In this document: positions 29,197 to 38,600 of the stretch, piece after piece
Layout: the number at the start of each line of letters is the position of its first letter
Numbering within the stretch: the first letter of the stretch is position 1
NCBI GenBank assembly: GCA_963677495.2
Contig: CAXXOU010000001.1
Coordinates: forward strand, 128,001-192,000
Length of the DNA: 64,000 nt
Reading direction: 5' to 3'
DNA from: Candidatus Cloacimonadales bacterium
Lineage (GTDB): Bacteria; Cloacimonadota; Cloacimonadia; Cloacimonadales; JAFGVF01
Notes under the pieces: generated by a model
What the model was told of the DNA's origin: nothing
Seen by the model: only the letters and a program-made list of their open reading frames with translations
The model's database searches: none
Program-made: the position numbers and the translations under genes

Positions 29197-30144
29197 TTAT
29201 CTAAATAATATACTGAGGGATTCCTCAATATGGATTTTTTTAATTGCCATCGCTAACATTTCAGCAATAGACAACTGGACTATTTTATTACACTTCTCCT
29301 TTTCGGGAGTAAGAGGGATAGAATTTGTTATATAGAGTTTGTCTATAGGAGAGTTCTCTAGGTTTTCAATAGCTTTACCGGATAAAACTCCATGTGCACA
29401 AGCTGCTATTACTTTTTTAGCACCTTTAGCTTTCACTGCAGCTGCTACTTTACACATACTTCCACCTGTATCGATGATATCATCAAACAGTATCGCTACT
29501 TTCCCATCAACATCACCAATAATATTCTGTAATACAGCATTATCATCATTTCCAGTCCTTCTTTTATCTCCAATCGCCAGATTGCATTCAAGCCTTTCTG
29601 CAAATGAACGGGCTCTATTGGCCCCTCCAGAATCTGGAGATACTACGACTAGATCCTCACTTTTAAACTGCTGTTTAAAATATCTAGCAAATAAGGGTGC
29701 AGACATTAAATGATCTACAGGGATATTGAAAAATCCTTGAATTTGATCAGCATGTAGATCCATGGTTGCAATACGACTAGCTCCGGCAACAGTTATCAAA
29801 TCAGCGACTAACTTAGCTGTGATAGGTACTCTAGGTTGATCTTTCTTATCTGATCTAGCGTATGCAAAATATGGCATCACACATGTTATTCTATTTGCTG
29901 ATGCTCTGCGTAATGCATCAATCATAATGAGTAATTCCATGAGATTATCGTTTACTGGTGCACAGGTTGGCTGAAGAATAAAAACATCAGCTCCTCTAAC
30001 ATTATCCTTTATCTTTGCAAATGATTCATCGTTAGAAAACTTAAACAAATCGACCTTAGTCAAAGGCACTCCTGAGAACTCTGATACTTCTTTAGCAAGC
30101 TTCATGTTAGCATTTCCAGCTATCAATTTCATTCTAGAATACAT
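29197..30144 (-). CDS. prs: Ribose-phosphate pyrophosphokinase
   Basis: NDNLMELL, PYFAYARSD, DLHADQIQGFF, VSPDSGG, DDIIDTGG. Confidence 0.97.
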   Translation of the reverse strand: MYSRMKLIAGNANMKLAKEVSEFSGVPLTKVDLFKFSNDESFAKIKDNVRGADVFILQPTCAPVNDNLMELLIMIDALRRASANRITCVMPYFAYARSDKKDQPRVPITAKLVADLITVAGASRIATMDLHADQIQGFFNIPVDHLMSAPLFARYFKQQFKSEDLVVVSPDSGGANRARSFAERLECNLAIGDKRRTGNDDNAVLQNIIGDVDGKVAILFDDIIDTGGSMCKVAAAVKAKGAKKVIAACAHGVLSGKAIENLENSPIDKLYITNSIPLTPEKEKCNKIVQLSIAEMLAMAIKKIHIEESLSILFR

Positions 30145-31010
30145 TATTCACCATTTAGTGTTTCTGTTGCGTATGTCCAATAACCATACCTATTTTTAAA
30201 CAATTCTGAAGCTCTTAACAGCTCTTTTCGACTTGAAAACAGTCCAAAGCATGTTGCTCCACTCCCACTCATCATTGATTTTATGGCACCAAGAGCCTTA
30301 AGCTCATTAATAATCTCACTTATCTCAATATACTTTCTGGTTACACCAGATTCCAAATCATTAGAGAAGTCTCCAATGTTCAAAGACTTTGTAACATCCA
30401 ACAAACTAGGAGTCGAGAAATTTCCTTCTCTTAAGTCATACCCCTCTTTAGCGGATATTTCTATGCCTGGATTCACAAGAAGTATATTCTTCCATTCAAA
30501 CTCTTTTATAGCAACAATTTTTTCACCTCTACCTGTTCCGATAGCTGTGTTAACTCCATCTATAAAAAAGTTCAAATCACTTCCAAACATAGAAGCGATT
30601 CTATGTAAATTTTGTTTAGAGATCTTTAAATCCCATAAGTCATTTAGCGCTAATAGTGCTGTAGCAGCATTACTACTGCCACCTGCTAAACCTGCTGCTA
30701 CAGGGATTTCTTTCAAAATAGAAATATCAATCCCAAGCTGAACGTTATAAATATCTTTAAGATACATAGCTACTTTATGAACTATATTCTTGTCTCCATT
30801 GAGATAAGCTATGTTAGACACAACATTTACCTCTCCGTTTTCTGTCAATTTAAAAGTTAGCTTATCAGATAGTGATACTCTTGAGAAAATTGTCTCTATA
30901 ATATGAAAGTTGTCGGGATATTTCCCGACAACCTTTAATATCAAATTAATTTTTGCGTAAGAATTTATTGAGACCTTTTTTCTTATGCTTATTCGGTGCT
31001 TGTTCGCCAT
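30144..31010 (-). CDS. ispE: 4-diphosphocytidyl-2-C-methyl-D-erythritol kinase
   Basis: AKINLIL, IPVAAGLAGGSSNAA, GSD, NDLE, MSGSG. Probable ATG at 31010 overlaps the wzc 3' end. Confidence 0.92.
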   Translation of the reverse strand: MANKHRISIRKKVSINSYAKINLILKVVGKYPDNFHIIETIFSRVSLSDKLTFKLTENGEVNVVSNIAYLNGDKNIVHKVAMYLKDIYNVQLGIDISILKEIPVAAGLAGGSSNAATALLALNDLWDLKISKQNLHRIASMFGSDLNFFIDGVNTAIGTGRGEKIVAIKEFEWKNILLVNPGIEISAKEGYDLREGNFSTPSLLDVTKSLNIGDFSNDLESGVTRKYIEISEIINELKALGAIKSMMSGSGATCFGLFSSRKELLRASELFKNRYGYWTYATETLNGE

Positions 31011-33252
31011 AATAGTAATAATAATAATAGTAGTAATAATAGTTATGTTTGTATTTTGAGTAGTACTTTTGTGTGTAAATTCCATTCACTACTACACCGT
31101 TAATAAATTCATCGACATTTTTAAAGAGCTCTTTTGTTCTTTGGAATACCTGCTTTTCAGTTTTTCCGATTCGAATAACTATAATCTTCATATCTACTTT
31201 CTTAGCTAAGATCATCGCATCGGTTACAGCCACTACTGGAGGTGTATCGAAAACAATATAATCATATTCCTCTTTTAATGCAGCTAACAGTTTATCCATG
31301 TTTGGTGAAGATATCAATTCAGCTGGGTTTGGTGGTATAAAACCACTTGTAAACACATCTAAATTGTTAACATCAGTTTGCTTCACATATTTGCTTAGGG
31401 TATAGTCATCCTCAATAAGCATATCACTGATTCCTATCTCTTTCTCTAATCCAAATTTCTGATGAACAGTTGGCCTTCTTAAATCAAGGTCAATAAGACA
31501 AACTTTTGTGTTCATATTAGCAAAAGTTATTGCAAGATTTGATGCAGTTGTTGATTTACCCTCTTTCGGCCCAGAGCTTGTAACTAAAAGTGTGAGAGAA
31601 CCTTCATGCTTCTTCTTTGACATGATATTAGTTCTAAGTGTCCTATAGGATTCTGCAACTGGAGATTTTGGAGAATAGTGGGCAATTAAATTACCACCAA
31701 TATATGCTAAATTCTTTTGGAGCTGAACTTTGTTTTCCCCTTCAGCTTTTTCTATCATCTTTGTCATCTCAGTAAGTTGCGTTTCAGATTCATGAATCAT
31801 TGGAATCGTTCCTAAGACAGGCAACTTAACATGAGTATAGATATCTTCAATTGTTTTCAACTTTGTATCAAGCGTATGAATTAAGAATGCCAATCCAAAA
31901 CCTGCACCTAACCCCATAACAATACCTATAAGAAAACTTTTTCTCTTATCTGGTTTTATTGGAACAACAGGCAATTCTGCCTCTTCAATTATTCTAACAT
32001 TACCTATTTTGGCCTGTTCTGCAATCTTAGCATCTTCATATTTTTCAACCATCATACTGTAGATTTTTTCATCAAGTAACAGGTTTCTAGTTAGTCTTGC
32101 AAGTTCAAGTTCTTTATCTGGAATTGTTGTAAGTTGTTGCTCATATTTCTCTACAATAGCCCTTAAACCATCTACTTTTGACTGGGCTATTTGTTTCTCA
32201 ACTTGATTTTTCGCTATATTACTTGCTAAATCAGCTCTATAGGAGAGAGGATCTGTCATCCCTTCCTGCTTACTAACAAATCTATTGATTTCAACCTCTA
32301 ATGTACTCTTTGCTTTATTGAGTTCATTGTTAAGTTGGATAATCTGTGGATGATTTTCTTTGTAATCGTTCTTTGTTATTAAATTAGTTATAAGAGATTG
32401 GGTCTCAATTACACTGTTTTGAAGTTTTGCTATATAAGGTGCACTAAGTATGTAACTTGCATCGACAAGAAGCGAGTCTTGTTCCGTAAGCTGAGATTTT
32501 AAATATCTCAACTCCTCGATTTTCATCTGAAGATCGGTTTCAGCTCGTTCTAACTCTACACTAACATTTGATGCCTCATCAATTAGATTTTCAGTTTCAC
32601 TTTGTAACTGGACTAAACCATATTCTAGTTTGTATGCTCGCAATTCTTCCTCAGAAGTTTGTAATCTCCTCGTAATTGTATCAAGTTGATTCTCTAAAAA
32701 CTGCCTTATATTGGTAAGCTCTCTACGTGCATATTGAGTATTCTGCTTATAAAGTGCCTCTGCTACAGAATTAACTACAATCATAGCTTCTAATGGTGAG
32801 GTAGAATTATAGCTTAGCTGCAATACGTCAGAATCATGTATAGAAGAAGCTGCTATTGATTGTATCCTTGCGATTGGGTTTGCTGAAGTTACTATAGGTA
32901 ACTTATCTGCTTGAGGGTGCTTCATTAATATTTGATATGCAAGTGCTGCAACAGGTTTACTCTTAAGGATTACAATGTTATTGTTCACGGATTTTTTTGA
33001 ATCCATTCGGGGAGTAATCACAAAGAAATTACTGTTTGAACGTTCCTCAAGTAGCACAGATCCACTAGCTCGATAAACATTGGCTTGCCTATTAGTATAT
33101 AGTACATTTCCAATAACTACAATGATGAAAACACCAATTATTAGAAATCTATACTGCAGCGCAATTCGAAAATAATCTAGTATATTAAATTCATGTTCAA
33201 CATTTTCATGTTGCTGAAATTCTTGGTCTACGTTTCTGTTTTGCTGTTCCAT
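30946..33252 (-). CDS. Wzc-type polysaccharide co-polymerase/bacterial tyrosine kinase
   Basis: Two TMs flanking coiled coils, AESYRTLRTN, Walker A SSGPKEGKST, IDLDLRRP, FDTPP, C-terminal Tyr cluster. Confidence 0.93.
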   Translation of the reverse strand: MEQQNRNVDQEFQQHENVEHEFNILDYFRIALQYRFLIIGVFIIVVIGNVLYTNRQANVYRASGSVLLEERSNSNFFVITPRMDSKKSVNNNIVILKSKPVAALAYQILMKHPQADKLPIVTSANPIARIQSIAASSIHDSDVLQLSYNSTSPLEAMIVVNSVAEALYKQNTQYARRELTNIRQFLENQLDTITRRLQTSEEELRAYKLEYGLVQLQSETENLIDEASNVSVELERAETDLQMKIEELRYLKSQLTEQDSLLVDASYILSAPYIAKLQNSVIETQSLITNLITKNDYKENHPQIIQLNNELNKAKSTLEVEINRFVSKQEGMTDPLSYRADLASNIAKNQVEKQIAQSKVDGLRAIVEKYEQQLTTIPDKELELARLTRNLLLDEKIYSMMVEKYEDAKIAEQAKIGNVRIIEEAELPVVPIKPDKRKSFLIGIVMGLGAGFGLAFLIHTLDTKLKTIEDIYTHVKLPVLGTIPMIHESETQLTEMTKMIEKAEGENKVQLQKNLAYIGGNLIAHYSPKSPVAESYRTLRTNIMSKKKHEGSLTLLVTSSGPKEGKSTTASNLAITFANMNTKVCLIDLDLRRPTVHQKFGLEKEIGISDMLIEDDYTLSKYVKQTDVNNLDVFTSGFIPPNPAELISSPNMDKLLAALKEEYDYIVFDTPPVVAVTDAMILAKKVDMKIIVIRIGKTEKQVFQRTKELFKNVDEFINGVVVNGIYTQKYYSKYKHNYYYYYYYYYYYGEQAPNKHKKKGLNKFLRKN

Positions 33253-33262
33253 TTAATCCTAC

Positions 33263-33751
33263 TTATTCATTTAAACTTGAGAAAGTTGCATATACTGTTA
33301 TCAGGATTGCAACATCAGCTACAAATCCGGTAAATCTTGTAATTGCATACCATATAGTACCTGCGACAACAACTGTGTCTCCAGGCATTAATACTGGAAT
33401 TAAATTTTCATCTCCAGTGTCTATATATTTCTTTAGGTTAACAAAAATGACTTTTTTCCCATCATTCGTTGGTCTGATTATTCTGATTTTGTTAAGTTTT
33501 GCATCCTCAGTTGGTCCTCCAGCTAAAGAAAGAAGTTTTAACAAGTCAGTATCATCAGGGACTATATAAAGCCCAGGTTTTCTGATTTGTCCCCAGATAT
33601 ATGTGTTAATCTTTAATTTCTCAACATTATTCATAGAACCACTATAAGTATATGCTGATGCATTATCTGCAGATTGGAAATTAATTGTAGGTTGAGCAAT
33701 TAAGAATGTCATGCACAACAGCAACCCAATTAGAACAGTAAACTTCCTCAC
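33263..33751 (-). CDS. SLBB-domain protein (Wza-related polysaccharide export component)
   Basis: IWGQIRKPGLY...LLSLAGGPT..AKL..IRIIR...LMPGDTVVV, signal peptide and C-terminal helix. Confidence 0.82.
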   Translation of the reverse strand: MRKFTVLIGLLLCMTFLIAQPTINFQSADNASAYTYSGSMNNVEKLKINTYIWGQIRKPGLYIVPDDTDLLKLLSLAGGPTEDAKLNKIRIIRPTNDGKKVIFVNLKKYIDTGDENLIPVLMPGDTVVVAGTIWYAITRFTGFVADVAILITVYATFSSLNE

Positions 33752-33811
33752 TAGTACCTCTTATTTTGTTTTATGTATTTATTTTGATTTATTATTCTCA
33801 GTCAAGAATTA

Positions 33812-34621
33812 TTACTGATATATATATAATCTATATTCGACAGACTCAGAGCCAAAATATGCATTCGTTTCACTGTTATATGTAAAAGCATCAACTCGCC
33901 AATAATACGTGCCATTTGGAATCGATAAATCCCCACCCAGAGCTGAGTAATTAATCTCGAAGTTTTCTTGATCTGTTACTGCTTCGTCGTAACTCCACAC
34001 AATCTCGTATTCCGAGTAATTATCATTACTTACATCCCGATACAATACTACTCTATAAAAATCAACTGTTTCACTAACTCCAGCTTCGTTCCATCTAAAA
34101 GATAATTCACTAAGATTATTTGATGTGGTTTCATTTACTGGTGATACAAGCTGTGCTTTATTATATAACTTATAACTTACAGTATCAGACATAGTTGAAT
34201 TACCGGCTACATCAAAAACTTCCAAATAGTAACTATATTTTCTATATGTTGTTAGATTTCTATCAATAAACTCATCTACCGAAGGAGTAATTGTATTGAT
34301 CAACTCAACTTCATCGTAGAATGAATAGCGGTATATATTCACAAAATCCAGGTCATTATCAACAAGATGATCCCATTGCAACCTAATATCATTGTTCGGC
34401 CCATGTAAGGCGTCTATTCCATTGTTGAAATCATTAATATCGTTACCATCTACCCCTTCGATTGGAAGCTGTGTAATGCTTTCTACATCCCCTAGATCTC
34501 CAATATGGTGATGAAGAACAGGTTTAGTTGGAGGAATTTTATCCTTATTTTGCTCGTCTTGTCCTGCACAACCCAAAGCTACTAATAATACTGTTATAAT
34601 ATACATTAAATAGCGTCTCAT
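33812..34621 (-). CDS. Lipoprotein with FN3/Ig-like domains
   Basis: Lipobox VALGC. LQW...YRY...FID...YSYYLEVFDVAGN and GTYYWRVDA patterns. Confidence 0.7.
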   Translation of the reverse strand: MRRYLMYIITVLLVALGCAGQDEQNKDKIPPTKPVLHHHIGDLGDVESITQLPIEGVDGNDINDFNNGIDALHGPNNDIRLQWDHLVDNDLDFVNIYRYSFYDEVELINTITPSVDEFIDRNLTTYRKYSYYLEVFDVAGNSTMSDTVSYKLYNKAQLVSPVNETTSNNLSELSFRWNEAGVSETVDFYRVVLYRDVSNDNYSEYEIVWSYDEAVTDQENFEINYSALGGDLSIPNGTYYWRVDAFTYNSETNAYFGSESVEYRLYIYQ

Positions 34622-34630
34622 AATGTCTCC

Positions 34631-35641
34631 TTAAAACAAAAATTTCAAACCGATTCTGTTTGTATTGCCTAAACTATTAGTGTTAAAACCATAATCCAAA
34701 ATAAATGAATAAACTTTTAAACTAATTCCAGCACTGATATCTTTTTCCGAGTATCCAGTCCTCACTTGTATCCGATTATCATAACTATATTCAATCCCCC
34801 AATGGTTTGGACGATTATAAACATAATCTTTATCGTAAGCTATTATTACTGAAGATTTCCACTGTGGAATTGGTTGCTCAATACTAACCCCTGTTTTTGT
34901 ATTAAATAAGACTTCATCCTTATGGTTTGAATCAGTATCCCAAGTTATTTCTGTACCTGAAACATTTTGGAAGTTCACTCCATATCTTATGGTTCCCAAC
35001 CATTCTCGGTCAAGAATAACGCCTAAATCAGTCTTAACCAGTACTCCTAAATCAAACCCTGATCCTGTACCAAAGTTCTCTTGGAGTTTCCTACGAATAA
35101 ACTTAACATTACCGCCCATATTTATTTGAAACGGTACTTTAAAAAATCCCCATCCCAAATCAGCATTATAATTCAATTGTTTTGCAAACGAAAATTGAAA
35201 CAAATCATCGTAACTTCTAAATTCACTATCAGGAATACCTGTTAGATGAAGATTAGGATCCGAAGATCTAATATCGACATTTGTTCCAACTAAATGAGTT
35301 TCACTAAACTCGGGGATATCATCTATAGACAAACGCGTCCAACCTATGGCTATTGTAACTAAGTTTGGTAACGGTTGACAATAAGTAAAACTATCATAAC
35401 TTGCCAACCCTTCATATAATTCTGCATGCATAAATCCGGCTTCAAGGTTGCGAATCTGAGCTATTCCTGCCGGGTTCCAATACACTGCACTTCCATCATC
35501 AGCTATTGATGAATAAGCTCCGCCTAGACCTAATGCTCGTACTCCAGAACCAATCTCCATGAAGTCCCCAGCATACCTTCCAGAAAAGAGACTAGGTACA
35601 AATATTAAACACACGAACAGTACAATTATTATCTTCTTCAT
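34631..35641 (-). CDS. PorV/PorQ-like (FadL-type) outer-membrane beta-barrel
   Basis: Signal peptide, FMEIGSGVRALGLGGAY..IADDGSAVYWNPAG, C-terminal Phe. Confidence 0.8.
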   Translation of the reverse strand: MKKIIIVLFVCLIFVPSLFSGRYAGDFMEIGSGVRALGLGGAYSSIADDGSAVYWNPAGIAQIRNLEAGFMHAELYEGLASYDSFTYCQPLPNLVTIAIGWTRLSIDDIPEFSETHLVGTNVDIRSSDPNLHLTGIPDSEFRSYDDLFQFSFAKQLNYNADLGWGFFKVPFQINMGGNVKFIRRKLQENFGTGSGFDLGVLVKTDLGVILDREWLGTIRYGVNFQNVSGTEITWDTDSNHKDEVLFNTKTGVSIEQPIPQWKSSVIIAYDKDYVYNRPNHWGIEYSYDNRIQVRTGYSEKDISAGISLKVYSFILDYGFNTNSLGNTNRIGLKFLF

Positions 35642-35643
35642 AA

Positions 35644-38600
35644 CTACCTCAATATGGCCATTTTCTGAATCTTTTCAATTGTCTTCTCACCATTTTTAGC
35701 GATTAGTTTATAAAAATAAACTCCATTTGCCAAATAGAAGCCATCATCATCCTTACAATCCCAGCCATAAACTGTACGTGGATACTCATGATAACCTACT
35801 CCTTTAGGCATATTTTTGAATGTTTTTACTAGACGCCCAGAAACTGTATAAATCTTCATTGTCACTCTTTCAGCAGGAGCTGTTAATAGATAAGTAAATC
35901 TTGTTCTACCATCGTTCACTGGCTCTATTGCATGCCCAACAACAGGGTTAGGATAATTTGCTAAATTTAGAATCTCAAACTCATCATTAACTCTAAAGTT
36001 AATCAATAGTTCTTTGTAATTACCATTAATATCTGAGCACTCAGCTTTAATTGTATATGTACCAACTTCTAAATCTAATTCATAATTTAGAGGAACACTA
36101 TTCAAATTATCTTTATTAATAGCCATTGTTATATAACTCAAATCCACATCTACACCATTTAAATATAGTTTTGGTTTAGCATTTATTACATCAATTCCAT
36201 TCTGATCATAAAAACTAAAACTAATAGTTCCATCACTAGCAATATAACCACCACGTGTAAACTCTTGCTCAGCAACGTTTGCTTCTATAGATGGTGCAGT
36301 TCTATCTTCATTTCTAAACAATGAATATATTCCATTTCTATTTATAGAATATGAAACTTGATTTTGCTCAGGATGCATTAAACCACCACAATAAAACCAT
36401 TTTGAATAATCCTCATTCCATAAATACAGCCTATAGCTATCACTGTATACAAAACTCTGAGTTAGAGAATCCGTTTCAGAAAAATTCATCGTTATTTTTA
36501 ACTCTCTGTTATTAGCAAAGAATCCTAAAGAATCTACAAAGCTTGTATCATGAACATGTATTTTATATGCTTTCGAACTGGCATTATCATGCAACTGTAC
36601 TGAATATATATCAGGCTGAGCTATTGCTTGTGGTTGATCAGTTGTTGTTAACTCAACAATAGTATTATTTGTGCCAAATGCCGTTGGTATCTTGATTTGT
36701 AAGTTTCCGTCAGACGATTCAATTATCTGTTCATTTGAATCAAGATAATAATAGTTACTAGTAACTCTTATCTGTCCTAGGTTATTATCAAAAGAAATCT
36801 CATCAAACTCTCTATTTTTATTAACCTCAACATAAGCTGTAAAGTTTTCAGTATCTACAAGTTGTAATGGGCAAAATATAGTTCTATTTTCTGCTGGGTT
36901 AATAGAATCTATACTGTATTCATCTAGTATAACCTCCTCTAAACCACTATATCTATAGATAGTTATAGTAGAATTTGGAGAAACTGTGTTCCCGTAATTG
37001 GCTATATTTACATTTACTCCTGACTGTTGATTAATCACATCTAATTCAGCATAATTTAGTGATAAATCAGGGCCTTTAATATTATATGCGAGTATTGATG
37101 ATTCAACTATATCGGTATCAGTGGTTGCTACAACTTTTAACTGAACCTCATAACCAGGACTATAAATCAGTGTGTCGGGATTAATTGGATAAACTGTTTG
37201 TATTGTGTTAGCATCGATAAACTCCATAGGAATATCAAACTCTTCATGAGCATGATAAATTACCTGAGAAGAACTGGAAAAGTACTCACCAACTTTTACC
37301 TGGCAATATACGTCTTCGATATTGTTTTCTGATAGTACCGATGCAGAAACATTCACGAGGTCGTCGTAATCTGGAGATTCAGGATTTGTTTTTAGCATGT
37401 TAACACTATGCTCATAAACTGGTATTTTCTGTAAGGAAACATACTCTTTTTCAGGTGATAATCCTGCAATCCTTATTGATAAATACTGCGGGGACGTGTT
37501 TTCTGGTATTACATATTCAAATTCAAAAATTCCGTTGTAAATCGGCAACTCATACAAATAATTCAAAGCAAGTTCATTCTCATCTAACACAATGGGTATA
37601 GCTGTTTCAACACTTTCGGGGAACTCTACTGAAACACTGATTGTATCCCCTGGAGCAAACAACGTCTTATTAATTGTACTTGTTAGTTCACTTTCTAATT
37701 TGCTTAAAGATAAGACTGGATCACCTAAATAAGAAAAAGCACTAATCAATCCATCTCTAGCAAAAGCTGTATATTCTGTCGCATAATAATTTGCCAATGA
37801 ATAATTTATTGATTCACCAATTGAGTCAAATGAAGGATTAAAAAGGGACTCTACCAATATTAAACCAAGATATAAATCGAAGTCAACATAACCTACCCCT
37901 GTGAACCCTATTGATCCCACAGAGCCCTTACCTTGTTCAAGTAGGAATCCTTCATTTATACATGGTTCACTTGAATCAAATGCTCCACCAAAACATGAGA
38001 GACTTGATACTATAAAATAGTCATCATTAGTCAAAGTTCTTATATCATTATAATTCATCAAATTGTAGTCAGCCCAAATTCGGCCACCACCATGACCCAT
38101 AAACTGGAGAAATGATAATCCATCTGAGATTGAGTCTTTAAGCTTGAATGTTCCGCCGTAATAACCGCTTGGTGTTGGTGCTACTGTAGTCGTATAAACT
38201 CTTGTAACAAAATACTCCTCCGGTATCCCATAACGTCTGATTGCTTCTTCTTGCTGAGAAAAAACATCATGACCTTCACCATCAGTTCCACCAGCTGCTA
38301 ACGTTATTCTCCCCCTCCATGCACTATCAGTATCTTGAGCAGAAGTATACTTATTAACCTTCTCGTATACATTCTGTATCTCTTCTGCATCTCTAGCAGG
38401 GATTCTACTAACAACTATATCAGGGACAAAATCGTCTCCGACAATACAGCCATACCAAACATCACATGCAGTTGCACCAACATTAGCTGTCCATACTTTT
38501 TTAACTGGAATCATGTTGTACTCTTCTAATGGATTATTGTCATTTTCATTATATGTGCCATCACCAATTAATACTGCATATTTTAACTGTGGATATGACC

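Noticed and set aside
18839..30741. Antisense ORFs over PiT, ffh, prs and ispE (e.g. 18839-19327, 22303-22821, 29339-29713, 30283-30741)
   Set aside because: Shadow ORFs opposite well-supported genes, without motifs or RBS.
31011..31085. N-terminal Ile/Thr-rich extension of IspE
   Set aside because: It is the alternate-frame reading of the wzc poly-Tyr codons. ATG 31010 fits the family start better.
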